From Candidatus Acetothermia bacterium (GTDB taxonomy: Bacteria > Bipolaricaulota > Bipolaricaulia > Bipolaricaulales > Bipolaricaulaceae): 64,000 bases of DNA. Numbering within the stretch: position 1 is the stretch's first letter; each line of letters starts with the position of its first letter. The notes below the pieces were generated by a model, which was given only the letters and a program-made list of their open reading frames with translations, did not search any database and was not told where the DNA came from. The DNA lies in the NCBI GenBank assembly GCA_024653305.1, contig JANLFW010000001.1, forward strand, positions 29,780 through 93,779. Reading direction: 5' to 3'. Shown in pieces: positions 28,805 through 38,451 of the stretch. Both the position numbers and the translations under genes were made by a program.

Positions 28805-30088
28805 ATGGCGTACATCTCGGTGGAAGGCCTGCCCGCAGTGGGGAAGAGCGAGCTCCTCGCAGCCCTACGCTTGTACTACCCGGGCCAGGTCCTCGTGCTC
28901 CCGGAGCTCGTGAAGGAGACGGCCGAGCGGGAGGGGCTTGACCTCTTCCGCGATCGCGATCGGCTCGCTCAGGCCATGCTCGCTGCACTCCCCGCCCGCC
29001 AAGGCCAAATCCGCGCTGCCCTCAACCAAAGCCTCACCGTGGTCGAGGAGTCGCACCTCGCCGTCCACGCCGCGTACGCGGCCTCCCTGGGGGACGACGC
29101 GTTCCTGCGCCAGTTCCAACGGGCGGAACAGGCGATCCTGTGGCCGGACCGGTTCGTGCGCCTGGAGGTCCCGATCGCCGTGTCCGTGGCCCGCCAGGCG
29201 GCGCGGGGCGACCCCCGGTACACCGTCCCGGCCGACGTCCTGGCCCGGATGCTCGGTTGGCTCTCAGCCTGGCACGCCCAGCGGGGGAGCGACCTCCACG
29301 TCCTCGATGCGGACCGCCCGCCGCACGCCGTCCTCGCGGACCTCGTGTCCGCCCTTGGCCTGGGCTATCGCCCCCACGTCTACCAGGACGTCATCCCCTA
29401 CCTCTTCCTCCTTGGCCGGCCGGCGTCGGGGAAATCGGAGCTGATCCAGTTTCTCACCTCTCTCCCCCCCGACGAGCGGGCGGTCGCCTACCACCTCGGA
29501 CGGCTGCGAGTCCTCGACGACTTCCCAATCCTGTGGCAGAAGTTCGTCGAGGATGACCTGTGGGAGGAGGTGGGCAAGGGGCGCCTCGTCTCGCGTCGGT
29601 GCGGGGAGAACTACGCGGTGGCCGACGACCACGCGTGGCCATTCCTCATCCTCTCCTTGAATCAGGAGATCTCCCGCCGGCCGCCTGCCCCGGGGGAGAC
29701 AGCCCTGGTGGAGTTCTCCCGCGGCGGGACCAGGGGATACCGTGATGCCTTGGCCCGCCTCGCCCCGGAGGTCCTCGCGTCCGGGGCGATCCTGTACCTC
29801 CAGGTGTCGTTCGAGGAGTCCTGGCGCAGGAACGTGGCCCGCTACGACCGGGCCCGCCGCGACGGCCTCCTCACCCACTCCGTCCCCCGCGAGGAGATGG
29901 AGCGCACGTACCGATCCGATGACTGGACCGAGCTCGCCCCCACGCCCCGCGGGCACGTGGAGGCCCAAGGGATCCGCGTCCCGTACGTGACGGTGGTCAA
30001 CGAACCGGAGCCCAAGACCCCGGACGATTTCGCCCGCCGCTTCCACCCTGCACTGGAGGACCTGCACCGACTATGGCAGAGACGCTGA
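28805..30088 (+). CDS. Uncharacterised protein with two tandem P-loop kinase-like domains
   Basis: Track ORF of 427 aa. First Walker A is EGLPAVGKSE at residues 7-16 (a deoxynucleoside-kinase-like start, MAYISVEG). Second Walker A is LLGRPASGKSE near residue 210, followed by a 6-phosphofructo-2-kinase/AAA_33-like layout (VEFSRGG...LYLQVSFEESWRRNV). The ATG lies 12 nt after tRNA-Val with no SD. Confidence 0.6.
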   Translation: MAYISVEGLPAVGKSELLAALRLYYPGQVLVLPELVKETAEREGLDLFRDRDRLAQAMLAALPARQGQIRAALNQSLTVVEESHLAVHAAYAASLGDDAFLRQFQRAEQAILWPDRFVRLEVPIAVSVARQAARGDPRYTVPADVLARMLGWLSAWHAQRGSDLHVLDADRPPHAVLADLVSALGLGYRPHVYQDVIPYLFLLGRPASGKSELIQFLTSLPPDERAVAYHLGRLRVLDDFPILWQKFVEDDLWEEVGKGRLVSRRCGENYAVADDHAWPFLILSLNQEISRRPPAPGETALVEFSRGGTRGYRDALARLAPEVLASGAILYLQVSFEESWRRNVARYDRARRDGLLTHSVPREEMERTYRSDDWTELAPTPRGHVEAQGIRVPYVTVVNEPEPKTPDDFARRFHPALEDLHRLWQRR

Positions 30089-30462
30089 GCCAGGAGCGCT
30101 GTTTCCTCCTCCTCGGGGAGGCGCCGACCGCGGAGGCGGCGGAGAAGATCGCCGAGGTGTTCGCGGCCTGCCCGTACGTGTACTTCATGAGCGCGTTCGG
30201 GCGCATCGTGGTCGGGGTGTACTTCCTGGAGGAGGACCACCGGTGGTGGCTGGAGGCGGTGGCCGAGGACCCTGAGGGCACGCTGGGCCTAACGCGGGCA
30301 GCCCTGTACGTCACGGACCGGGCAGCGTTCCCGCCGGGCATGGCGCTGCGCCTCCCCGCGGAGCGGGGGGACCTGGCCCCGTGCGGGTCCGACTGCACCC
30401 GGTGCCCACGGTACGGCGACCCCTGTCCGGGGTGCCCGGCGTCCCGTCACTTCCAGGGCTAG
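30073..30462 (+). CDS. Small Cys-rich protein (C-terminal CxxxCxxC...CxxC cluster)
   Basis: Track ORF of 129 aa that overlaps the upstream gene by 16 nt. C-terminus APCGSDCTRCPRYGDPCPGCP (reminds me of DUF3795-type motifs, from memory). Confidence 0.5.
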   Translation: MAETLSQERCFLLLGEAPTAEAAEKIAEVFAACPYVYFMSAFGRIVVGVYFLEEDHRWWLEAVAEDPEGTLGLTRAALYVTDRAAFPPGMALRLPAERGDLAPCGSDCTRCPRYGDPCPGCPASRHFQG

Positions 30463-30659
30463 GGGCCCCTGGGGGCTCCCCGGAACCTTTCAAACCGGCT
30501 GAAGGTGCCTTTGGGAACGCTGGGCCATGAGGAGGACCCGGTTTGGAGGAGGTACGTCGCCCGCCCTGGCCGCGTGCTCGGCCGGGACGCGTTGCGGCTT
30601 TTGTGATCCGCCTTGCCGCTGAGTGTGTTCCTCACTACCATAGATCCAGGGAGGCGTTC

Positions 30660-31673
30660 ATGGGAAAAAAGGAAGTCCTCGATGGCGTTTTGAACCAAAT
30701 CCGGAAGGCTTACGGCGAAGGGGCCATCATGTGGCTCGGGGACGAGTCCGTGGTCGCAGTGGACGTGGTTCCCACCGGATCGCTCGCGCTGGACATCGCC
30801 CTGGGGGTGGGCGGCGTGCCCCGGGGGCGGATGGTGGAGATCTTCGGTCCAGAGGCATCGGGCAAGACCACGCTGGCCCTGCACATCATCGCCGAGGCCC
30901 AGAAGCTTGGGGGCACGGCGGCGTTCATCGACGCCGAGCACGCCCTCGATCCCGGCTACACCCGGGCGATCGGGGTCGACCTCGACCACCTGCTCCTGTC
31001 CCAGCCGAGCTCGGGTGAACAGGCCCTGGAGATCACGGAGCAGCTGGTGCGGTCGGGGGCGGTAGACGTGATCGTCATCGACTCCGTGGCAGCCCTTGTC
31101 CCGGAGGCAGAGCTGCAGGGCCAGATGGGCGATGCCCAGGTCGGGCTTCAGGCGCGGCTCATGTCCCAGGCCATGAGAAAGCTCGCCGCGGCGATCGCCC
31201 AGTCCAAGACGACCACCGTGTTCGTAAACCAGATCCGGGCCACGATCCAACCCGGGCCGTGGGGGCCGGGGACCACCACCACCGGCGGTCGGGCCCTCAA
31301 GTTCTACGCCTCGGTGCGCCTGAACATCTGGGGCGAGGGGAAGATCGCCGAAGGCGACGATCGGGTGGGGATGAAGGCCCACGTCCGGGTGGTGAAGAAC
31401 AAGGTCGCCCCGCCGTTCCGGGAGGCCACGTTCGACGTGATCTACGGCCGGGGCATCGTGCGCGAGCGGGATCTCATCAACACCGGGATCGACCTGAACG
31501 TCGTGTCCCGCTCGGGCTCGTGGTACTCCTACGGCGACGTCCGCCTCGGCCAGGGGATGGCCCAGGCCGCCCAGTTCCTCACCGACAACCCGGAGATCGC
31601 CGACCAGATCGCCCGCGACATCCGGGAGAAGGCGAAGCTGCCCGAGCCCAGGGCCCTCGCGGATGAAGGATGA
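30660..31673 (+). CDS. recA: Recombinase A
   Basis: Start at MGKKEVLDGVLNQIRKAYGEGAIM (ATG 30660, SD AGGGAGG at 30647-30653). Walker A GPEASGKTT. The remainder is canonical RecA. Confidence 0.97.
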   Translation: MGKKEVLDGVLNQIRKAYGEGAIMWLGDESVVAVDVVPTGSLALDIALGVGGVPRGRMVEIFGPEASGKTTLALHIIAEAQKLGGTAAFIDAEHALDPGYTRAIGVDLDHLLLSQPSSGEQALEITEQLVRSGAVDVIVIDSVAALVPEAELQGQMGDAQVGLQARLMSQAMRKLAAAIAQSKTTTVFVNQIRATIQPGPWGPGTTTTGGRALKFYASVRLNIWGEGKIAEGDDRVGMKAHVRVVKNKVAPPFREATFDVIYGRGIVRERDLINTGIDLNVVSRSGSWYSYGDVRLGQGMAQAAQFLTDNPEIADQIARDIREKAKLPEPRALADEG

Positions 31674-32142
31674 CGCCTGGGCCTACCTCTTGCGCCTGCT
31701 GAGCCGCCGCCCCCGGACGACGGCCGAGCTGCACCGTCGGCTCGCCGCCAAAGGTTTCCCTCCCCAAACCGTCCGCACCGCGGTGACGCGGGCGGTGGAG
31801 GAGGGGCTGGTGGACGACCGGGCGTTCGCCCGGCTCTACGCCGAAGATCGGCTGCTGTCTCGTCCCTGTTCCCGGCGGCTCCTCCGGGAGGAGCTCAAGG
31901 GACACGGGCTAGACCTGGGGCTGGCCGAGGAAGCGGCCCGGACGGCCCTGGGCGAGCTAGGCGAGGAAGACCTGGCCCGCCGCGCCCTCGCCCAACGTCG
32001 GCCGTTGTGGCACGGGCTCTCCCCGGACGTGGCCGCGCGGCGGGCCCACGCGTTCCTCCTGCGCCGGGGGTTTCCCCCGGACCTCGCCCGGCGCCTCGCC
32101 GAGGAAGCGTTCGGGGTGAAGGGCGAATGGACGTCCGCGTAG
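31663..32142 (+). CDS. recX: Recombination regulator RecX
   Basis: 159 aa of helical repeats ([28 protein letters not shown]...). Overlaps the recA end. Confidence 0.85.
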   Translation: MKDDAWAYLLRLLSRRPRTTAELHRRLAAKGFPPQTVRTAVTRAVEEGLVDDRAFARLYAEDRLLSRPCSRRLLREELKGHGLDLGLAEEAARTALGELGEEDLARRALAQRRPLWHGLSPDVAARRAHAFLLRRGFPPDLARRLAEEAFGVKGEWTSA

Positions 32143-32624
32143 GGCTGGGCATCGATTTCCACCGCTTCGCCCCCGGGCGGCGGCTCGTCTTGGGCGGGGT
32201 GGAGATCCCCCACGAGCTGGGCCTGGCCGGCCACTCCGACGCCGACGTCCTCCTACACGCGATCTGCGACGCACTCTTGGGGGCGGCGGCACTCGGGGAC
32301 ATCGGCCACCACTTCCCGCCCGGGGATCCCGAGTACAAGGACATCTCCTCCCTTGCGCTTCTGGCCCGGGTCCGAAAGCTCTTGGCCGCGGCGGGCTGCG
32401 CGCCGGTCCAGGTGGACGCGGTGGTGGTGGCGGAGCGGCCGCTCCTCGCCCCCCACGCCCCGGCGATGCGGGCCCGCATCGCCGAGGCGCTCGGAATAAC
32501 CGTGCAGGGCGTATCCGTGAAGGCGACCACGCCCGAGGGGATGGGAGCCCTCGGCCGCGGCGAGGGCATCGGGACGTGGGCGGTGGCCCTCATCCGAAAA
32601 GCCGGAGGAGATCCTGGAACGTGA
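32127..32624 (+). CDS. ispF: 2-C-methyl-D-erythritol 2,4-cyclodiphosphate synthase
   Basis: Start at [14 protein letters not shown] (ATG 32127) within track ORF 32007..32624. [19 protein letters not shown] motif. Confidence 0.9.
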   Translation: MDVRVGLGIDFHRFAPGRRLVLGGVEIPHELGLAGHSDADVLLHAICDALLGAAALGDIGHHFPPGDPEYKDISSLALLARVRKLLAAAGCAPVQVDAVVVAERPLLAPHAPAMRARIAEALGITVQGVSVKATTPEGMGALGRGEGIGTWAVALIRKAGGDPGT

Positions 32625-33864
32625 TCATGAGGAGCAACGCGAACAGGATCACGAACCCGGTGGCGTGAACCCCGGTTTCCACCTGCGGGGACACCTTGCG
32701 CCGGGTGACCATCTCGTAGAGGGCGAACGCCATTCGCGCCCCGTCCAGCGCCGGGAACGGGATCAGGTTGAACAGGGCCAGGTTCAGGCCGATCAGGGCC
32801 ACGAGGAGCAGCACCGCGAGCGGCCCAGCCCGCACGCCTTGGCTCAAGATCCCGGCGATGCCCACCGGCCCGGTGACCGCCTCCCCGGCCGGGATCGTCC
32901 GGGTGAGGAGGCCGCGGATCGCTGTCACGAACGCGCCCATCGCCCCGCCGATCTCGCGGAACGTGAGCACTACCCCTTCCCCGAACCCAGGCCGGTCGTA
33001 GACCGGGGGCAGGGCGCGGAAACTCGCCCCGGCCAGGAGCTCGTCCGGTGGAAGGCCGGGCAGGATCACCGTCAGGCGATCCCCAGCCCGGTCCACGTCG
33101 AGGGTCCGGCACCCATCCTGCCAGGCACCGTACAACTCACTCAGCGACCTCACCTGCCGCCCACATGCCCCATCTACGCGGTCCCCCGACCGCAGCCCGG
33201 CCTGGGCGAGCGGCGCGTCCGGGGCAAGGCTCACGAGCTCAGCCAAGAAGACCTGGGGCAGGAAGTACGCCCCCACCAAGTACTTCTCGTCCTCCTGGGA
33301 ATAGGCCGGGACGATGCTCAGCTCGAGCTCCTCCCCCCCGCGGCGGACGCGGAACGCCACCGGGCTGGGTGCCACAGCCTGGATCGCCGGCCCCACCTCG
33401 GCCGTGGTCCAGACCGATCGGCCGTCCACCTTGAGCACGACGTCCCCCACTTTAAGCGCGCCCTCGGCCGGCCTTCCCGGCACCAACCCGGCCACCTGAA
33501 CCCGGGGCAGGCCCAACGCCAGGATCGCCCCGAGCACCACCGCCACCGCCAGGACCACGTTCGCCGTGGGACCGCTTAGGGACACGAGGAACCGCACCCA
33601 CGCCGGCCGGCCGTAGTAGGTGCGTTCGAACGGTACCCCCTCCGCCTCCCGGTCCTCCCCGCTCAGGCGCACGAACCCCCCCAGGGGCAGAATCCGGATG
33701 CTGTACCGGGTCTCCCCCCGCCGCCACGACCATAGGACGGGGCCAAACCCAAGGGCAAACTCCTCCACCGCCATCCCCAGGAGCTTGGCCGCCAGGAAAT
33801 GACCGCCCTCGTGCACTCCGACAAGGAAAAGAAGTGCACCCAAAAAGACGAGAAAAGTGATCAT
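32590..33864 (-). CDS. rseP: Site-2 (M50) intramembrane zinc metalloprotease RseP-like
   Basis: [10 protein letters not shown] zinc motif in TM1, PDZ-like central region, C-terminal membrane segments. Confidence 0.85.
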   Translation of the reverse strand: MITFLVFLGALLFLVGVHEGGHFLAAKLLGMAVEEFALGFGPVLWSWRRGETRYSIRILPLGGFVRLSGEDREAEGVPFERTYYGRPAWVRFLVSLSGPTANVVLAVAVVLGAILALGLPRVQVAGLVPGRPAEGALKVGDVVLKVDGRSVWTTAEVGPAIQAVAPSPVAFRVRRGGEELELSIVPAYSQEDEKYLVGAYFLPQVFLAELVSLAPDAPLAQAGLRSGDRVDGACGRQVRSLSELYGAWQDGCRTLDVDRAGDRLTVILPGLPPDELLAGASFRALPPVYDRPGFGEGVVLTFREIGGAMGAFVTAIRGLLTRTIPAGEAVTGPVGIAGILSQGVRAGPLAVLLLVALIGLNLALFNLIPFPALDGARMAFALYEMVTRRKVSPQVETGVHATGFVILFALLLMITFQDLLRLFG

Positions 33865-35213
33865 GCCCGTTCCACCTCCACCCGCAGGACCTCGGCCGTC
33901 CCCAGGTCCAGTTTATACCCGTCGGCGAGCCGGACGCCCACCACCCACGCGATCCCCGCCTGGTCGCAGAGGAGGGGCCACCGCGCCCGCTCCCAGCGGG
34001 GGATGCGCGCCTCCATGAGGAGCTCGCTCACCTTCTTCGTCCCGGACATGCCGAGCGGGCGGAGGCGGTCCCCCCGCCTTGGGGTCCGCACGAGGAGGGG
34101 CGGGCGAACCTTTCCCGGGTCGAGGTAGGCGACGAAGGGATGAGGAGGGACAAGACTTCGGGGCCGGGGGGTTCGGGAGATCCGAAACCGCCATCCCAGG
34201 TTGGGGATCGCCGCCTCCCCCTCCAGGGGCAGCTCCCGCGGCATTCCCCCGGGTGGGATCTCCTCGGGCCGCACGAACGCGAGCTTGCCTCCGCCGATAC
34301 GGGCACGGAGGCCTCCCGGCAGGTGGAGCTCAGCGCTCCCCCCCCGGCCCAAAGCCTCGCGGATTGCGTCCACATGCCGCCGAAGGAGGGTACTTCCCGC
34401 CCGACAGGCCGCAGCCCGGACCGCGAGGCCCTGGACCCCGGCCGGGAGCCTGAGCAGCTCCTCCAGGTTCAAGGCGGATCCGTCCTGCACTTCCGTGAGC
34501 GCACGATCGGCCGCCCAGGCCAGGACCTCCTCGGCCTCCGCCCAAAGCTCGGCCGCCCGGCTCAACGCTCCCTCGGCCCGGGGGTTGAACCGGGCGAGAA
34601 ACGGGAGGAGCTCAAGGCGGATGGCGTTGCGCAGAAGCCGGGTGTCCAGGTTCGTGGGGTCGTCGTGGAACGGGATCCCGTGCTCCCGGCAGAAGGCCCG
34701 GGTTTCCTCCCGGGAGCAGAGGAGGAGGGGTCGGATGTACGGAGGGGCGGAGGGCAGGAACCCGCGCAGTCCGCCCGGCCCGGCCCCACGCAGGAGGTGC
34801 AGGAGCACCGTCTCCGCAAGGTCGGTGCGGGTGTGGCCGAGGGCGATCTTCCCCGCCCCCACCCTCCGCGCCACCTCCTCCAAGAACTCCCGGCGGGCCC
34901 GCCGCGCCGCCTCCTCCAGGTTCCTCTTCTCCCGTTTCGCCACGGACGGGACGTCCCTTTTCTCGCAGATCAAGGGAAGGCCCAGGTCCTCGGCAGCCCA
35001 GCGCACCACCTTCAGGTCCTCGCTGGTGTCGGCCCTGATCCCATGGTCGAGGTGGGCGATGGTGAGGGCAAGCCCCCAGTCACGGCGCAGCCAGTCAAGC
35101 GCGTACAGGAGGGCCATGGAGTCCGCCCCCCCCGACACGGCCACCACCACGTGATCCCCCGGAGCGAGGAGGCGCTTCTGGGCGATGGCCGCACGGACCT
35201 TTTGTCTCAACAT
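33861..35213 (-). CDS. tilS: tRNA(Ile)-lysidine synthase
   Basis: PP-loop VVVAVSGGADSMALL. 450 aa. ATGA overlap with rseP. Confidence 0.9.
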   Translation of the reverse strand: MLRQKVRAAIAQKRLLAPGDHVVVAVSGGADSMALLYALDWLRRDWGLALTIAHLDHGIRADTSEDLKVVRWAAEDLGLPLICEKRDVPSVAKREKRNLEEAARRARREFLEEVARRVGAGKIALGHTRTDLAETVLLHLLRGAGPGGLRGFLPSAPPYIRPLLLCSREETRAFCREHGIPFHDDPTNLDTRLLRNAIRLELLPFLARFNPRAEGALSRAAELWAEAEEVLAWAADRALTEVQDGSALNLEELLRLPAGVQGLAVRAAACRAGSTLLRRHVDAIREALGRGGSAELHLPGGLRARIGGGKLAFVRPEEIPPGGMPRELPLEGEAAIPNLGWRFRISRTPRPRSLVPPHPFVAYLDPGKVRPPLLVRTPRRGDRLRPLGMSGTKKVSELLMEARIPRWERARWPLLCDQAGIAWVVGVRLADGYKLDLGTAEVLRVEVERA

Positions 35214-35273
35214 CGCCCTTCATTTTCCCCGCCCTGGTTTGCCCCTGCTACCACGCGCGGGTAGAGTACAGCC

Positions 35274-35705
35274 GTGGAGCTAGGCGCCTTCCTGTGGGCC
35301 TTGGGCGACCTCCCCGCGGCGATGGCCGGGACCGGAGAGCTCTCCCTGGGTCCTCAGCCGTGGGCCCTGATCCCGCTCGGTCCGCTGCAGGTGTTCCTCG
35401 GGGCCACTGACCCACCCCTCGCGCTGCGGGTGCAAGTCCTCGATGGGCCGTGGTTCGCCTGGCTCGATCTTCCCCCACCGCGGTTTGTCCTGGGCCGGGC
35501 CCCTGGGCACGCCCTGGTGGCGGTGGCCCGCGACCCGACCGGGGTCAACCTGGCGTGGGAGATCACGGCCTCCTCCAGCCTCTCCCTGTTCGGGAGCCTG
35601 GGGTTCGAGCTCGCCTGCGGCGTCCGCGTGCGGTGGCGGGGCATGTGGGGAGCTGCGCTGGTACGGGGAGGTGGCCTCACCCTATGGGCCGGGCATTCCT
35701 TCTGA
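35274..35705 (+). CDS. Hypothetical protein
   Basis: Track ORF of 143 aa with strong G/C third-position bias in this frame. No motif recognised. GTG start lies 6 nt after a TAGAGT -10-like hexamer. Confidence 0.4.
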   Translation: MELGAFLWALGDLPAAMAGTGELSLGPQPWALIPLGPLQVFLGATDPPLALRVQVLDGPWFAWLDLPPPRFVLGRAPGHALVAVARDPTGVNLAWEITASSSLSLFGSLGFELACGVRVRWRGMWGAALVRGGGLTLWAGHSF

Positions 35706-36487
35706 TAGCGATCCTGTCTCTCCCCGCCTTGGGGTGGGAGCTCACGGTGGCGGTCACCACCGACCTTCACGCCAGCCTTCCTCGGCTTGACGCGCTCGCC
35801 CCCATCCTCGCGAGAGCCGACCTCGTGGTCGACGCCGGCGATGCCTGGGAGGACCTCTCGCGCCTCACCGGGAAATCCGAAGCCCTTGCCATGGCCCAGC
35901 GCATGGGGGAGCTCGGCTACGACGCCATGGTGCTCGGAAACCACGAGATGTACCTGGGCCCGGCCCTACGGGAGGTGACCCTCGCCCCGTTCCCGGTGGT
36001 GGTGACGAACCTTTCCGGGGCGCTCCCCGTGCGGCGGTGGGCCCTCCTCGAGCGAAACGGCCTCCGGATCCTGGTCCTTGGGCTCCTGTGGGAGGAGTAC
36101 CCGTGGTCCCTGTGGCCGGGGGTGCAGATCCTCGACCCGGCCGCGAGCGTGCGGGCGGCGCTCGATGAGGCGCCGGCCCACGACCTCTTCATCCTCCTCG
36201 GGCACATGGAGCTTGCCGAGGCGAAACGGGTGGCGGCCGCCGCCCCCGAGTGCGACCTGTTCGTGCTCGGGCATGACCACCTGTTCCTGACCGAGCCGAT
36301 CTGGGTAGGCCGGGTGCCCATCGTCCAGGCCGGGCACCGCGGACAAGCGGTGGGCGTGGTCCGCCTGAGCGATGCCGGTTGCGGGGCCTACGAACTGATC
36401 CGGCCTACCTCCCCGGACCCGCTGCCCGCGTTTTGGGTGCCCGCGGCCCTGATCCTGGTAGCCCTCTTCTTCTGGCCTAGAAGTTGA
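35684..36487 (+). CDS. Secreted calcineurin-like metallophosphoesterase (5'-nucleotidase-like)
   Basis: Start at MGRAFLLIAILSLPALG (ATG 35684) within track ORF 35450..36487. Motifs TTDLH, GDAWE, GNHE, GH. Confidence 0.7.
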   Translation: MGRAFLLIAILSLPALGWELTVAVTTDLHASLPRLDALAPILARADLVVDAGDAWEDLSRLTGKSEALAMAQRMGELGYDAMVLGNHEMYLGPALREVTLAPFPVVVTNLSGALPVRRWALLERNGLRILVLGLLWEEYPWSLWPGVQILDPAASVRAALDEAPAHDLFILLGHMELAEAKRVAAAAPECDLFVLGHDHLFLTEPIWVGRVPIVQAGHRGQAVGVVRLSDAGCGAYELIRPTSPDPLPAFWVPAALILVALFFWPRS

Positions 36488-36836
36488 CGGCGAACCCGCC
36501 CGGCTGGAGGTTCAGGCTGAGGCCCTCGAGCTCGAGCGCCGTCTGGTAGGCATCCATCGCCGAGTACAGGGCCCACAGGGTATGCGCCGTCCCCACCACC
36601 GGGAACACCGGATACGGCAGGAGGTACGCAAGGCAGGACGTGCCGAGGATGAGACCCACGTCCACCACGAAATGGGTGAGCGCCTTGTCGTACTCCCCGT
36701 TCAGGTACTGACCTAGCCCCGGGATCACGAACGACGCCGCCCCCCGCACCAAGGGCGTGATGTTCGGCTCCTGCCGCGCCCATCCCCCCACACCCATCAC
36801 CAACAGCCCGACCAGCAGCACCAGCGCGACCCGCAT
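36477..36836 (-). CDS. Small membrane/secreted hypothetical protein
   Basis: Start at MRVALVLLVGLLVMG (ATG 36836-36834) after GAAGGAGGATAGG. Contains IPGLGQYLNG and hydrophobic segments. Lies 1 nt downstream of the yebC stop. Confidence 0.5.
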   Translation of the reverse strand: MRVALVLLVGLLVMGVGGWARQEPNITPLVRGAASFVIPGLGQYLNGEYDKALTHFVVDVGLILGTSCLAYLLPYPVFPVVGTAHTLWALYSAMDAYQTALELEGLSLNLQPGGFAVNF

Positions 36837-36837
36837 C

Positions 36838-37593
36838 CTATCCTCCTTCGACCCGGGCCAACACCTCGTCCGGGATGTCGAAGTTCGCCACCACCTCTTG
36901 CACGTCCTCCTGCTCATCGAGCGCGTCAAGGAGCTTGAGCAGCCGCTCCGCGTCCCGCCCTTCCACCCGCACCGTGGCCTTGGGCACCAGGGCGATCTCG
37001 GCCCGGGCCACCTCCCCCCCGGCCGCGCGGAGAGCATCCCGCACCTTGGCCACCCGGGTCGGCTGGGTATAGAACGTGAGAGAACCGTCCTCCTCGGCGA
37101 AATCGTCGGCCCCCGCCTCCGCCGCCGTGAGCACCAGGGCCTCCTTGTCCAACCCCGCCGGGAGCTCCCGCACCTGGATCACCCCGCGCCGCTCGAACTG
37201 CCAGGCCACGCACCCTTCCCCCCCCAGCGACCCACCGTGGGCCTCGAAGATGTGGCGCACCGCGGCCGCGGTGCGGTTGCGGTTGTCGGTGAGCGCCCGC
37301 AGGAGGATCGCCACCCCGCCGGGCCCATAGCCCTCGTAGATCACCTCATGGTACTGGGCGCCCTCCTGGCCGCCGGCGGCGCGCTTGATGGCCCGCTCGA
37401 TGTTCTCGTTGGGCATGTTCGCGTTTCGCGCCCGCTCGATGGCCGTGGCCAAGGCGCTGTTGGTCTCCGGATTGGGATCTTGCCGGGCACAGACGATGAT
37501 CTCCCGCGTCAGGCGGGAAAACAGGCTGGACTTCCGTTTGTCTTGGCGTTCCTTGCGGTACTTGATGTTGGCCCACTTGGAATGACCGGCCAT
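36838..37593 (-). CDS. yebC: YebC/PmpR family DNA-binding regulator
   Basis: MAGHSKWANIKYRKERQDKRKS... is the canonical YebC N-terminus. 251 aa. Confidence 0.92.
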   Translation of the reverse strand: MAGHSKWANIKYRKERQDKRKSSLFSRLTREIIVCARQDPNPETNSALATAIERARNANMPNENIERAIKRAAGGQEGAQYHEVIYEGYGPGGVAILLRALTDNRNRTAAAVRHIFEAHGGSLGGEGCVAWQFERRGVIQVRELPAGLDKEALVLTAAEAGADDFAEEDGSLTFYTQPTRVAKVRDALRAAGGEVARAEIALVPKATVRVEGRDAERLLKLLDALDEQEDVQEVVANFDIPDEVLARVEGG

Positions 37594-37686
37594 TGTGACC
37601 CCCTTAAACGAAATGATAATCCGGGAAAGGATCTTGGGCAACCCGCCGCTTGCAAGGGCGGTGGGGGCGGAGCACACTTCTTGGCC

Positions 37687-38451
37687 ATGAGGATGGAGCC
37701 GCGGGCGGTGCTACGCGCGGCGGCGCTCCTCAAGGAGGCGCGCCGGGGGTGGGCCCTCACCGGAGCCGGGGCAAGCACCCCCTCGGGTATCCCCGACTTC
37801 CGCGGCCCGCGTGGGCTCTGGCAGACCCACAACCCGGAGGAGGTGTCCTCCCTGGCCGGGTTCCACCGGAACCCCCAGGGGTTCTACGCGTTTTGGCTGT
37901 GGCGGTTCCAGCACATGGCCCGGGCGCAGCCCAACCCGGTTCATCATTTGCTCGCCCGGCTCGAGGCCCGCGGCCACCTCGCCGGGGTCATCACCCAGAA
38001 CATCGACGGCCTACACCAACGGGCCGGATCCCGCCGGGTGCTCGAGGTCCATGGGCATACCCGCTCCGGGACCTGCCTCGCCTGTGGCCGTTCCTACCCG
38101 GCGGCGTGGATCGAGGTCGAGGCAGAGCGGGCCGGGCTCGCCCGCTGCGCTTGCGGTGGCCTGGTTAAGCCGGATGTGGTGCTGTTCGACGAGGCGCTCC
38201 CCCCGGACTTCGCCCTCGCCCAGCGGGAGGTGGCCCAGGCCGACGTCCTGTTCGTCCTGGGCACCTCCCTCACCGTGTGGCCGGCCGCCGGGCTGGTGCC
38301 GCTGGCGGCGGCGTCCGGGGCGCGGGTGATCATCGCGGGCGGGGAGCCGACCCCGTTCGACGGCCGGGCGGAGGTGGTCCTGCGCGGGGATCTGGTGGAG
38401 ATGGCGAGGCTTCTAGAACGGGCGTTGGAGGTGGAGGGTGCTCGAGGGTGA
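37687..38451 (+). CDS. cobB: NAD-dependent protein deacylase (Sir2 family)
   Basis: Start at MRMEPRAVL (ATG 37687) within track ORF 36757..38451. GAGASTPSGIPDFRG, QNIDGLH, Zn ribbon CLACG...CACGG. Confidence 0.88.
   Translation: MRMEPRAVLRAAALLKEARRGWALTGAGASTPSGIPDFRGPRGLWQTHNPEEVSSLAGFHRNPQGFYAFWLWRFQHMARAQPNPVHHLLARLEARGHLAGVITQNIDGLHQRAGSRRVLEVHGHTRSGTCLACGRSYPAAWIEVEAERAGLARCACGGLVKPDVVLFDEALPPDFALAQREVAQADVLFVLGTSLTVWPAAGLVPLAAASGARVIIAGGEPTPFDGRAEVVLRGDLVEMARLLERALEVEGARG

Noticed and set aside
30463-30659. LexA/SOS (Cheo-type GAAC-N4-GTTC) box upstream of recA.
   Set aside because: Only a poor half-match (GGAACCTTTCAAACC) is present, with no palindromic partner. A TTGCCG-N17-TACCAT promoter-like pair exists but is weak evidence. 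No call was made.
32590-32624. Convergent gene-end overlaps: ispF/rseP 35 nt, metallophosphoesterase/small membrane gene 11 nt, ABC permease/ftsX-like 10 nt, sensor relic/ACT gene 4 nt.
   Set aside because: These are common in compact high-GC genomes, where stop codons are rare and C-terminal tails extend. No evidence of functional significance was seen.
35214-35279. Possible leaderless transcript for the hypothetical gene at 35274 (TTGCCC-N17-TAGAGT, then GTG 6 nt later).
   Set aside because: The -10 matches only 4 of 6 positions, the start is GTG rather than ATG, and the gene itself is unsupported by homology. This is too speculative to list as a feature.
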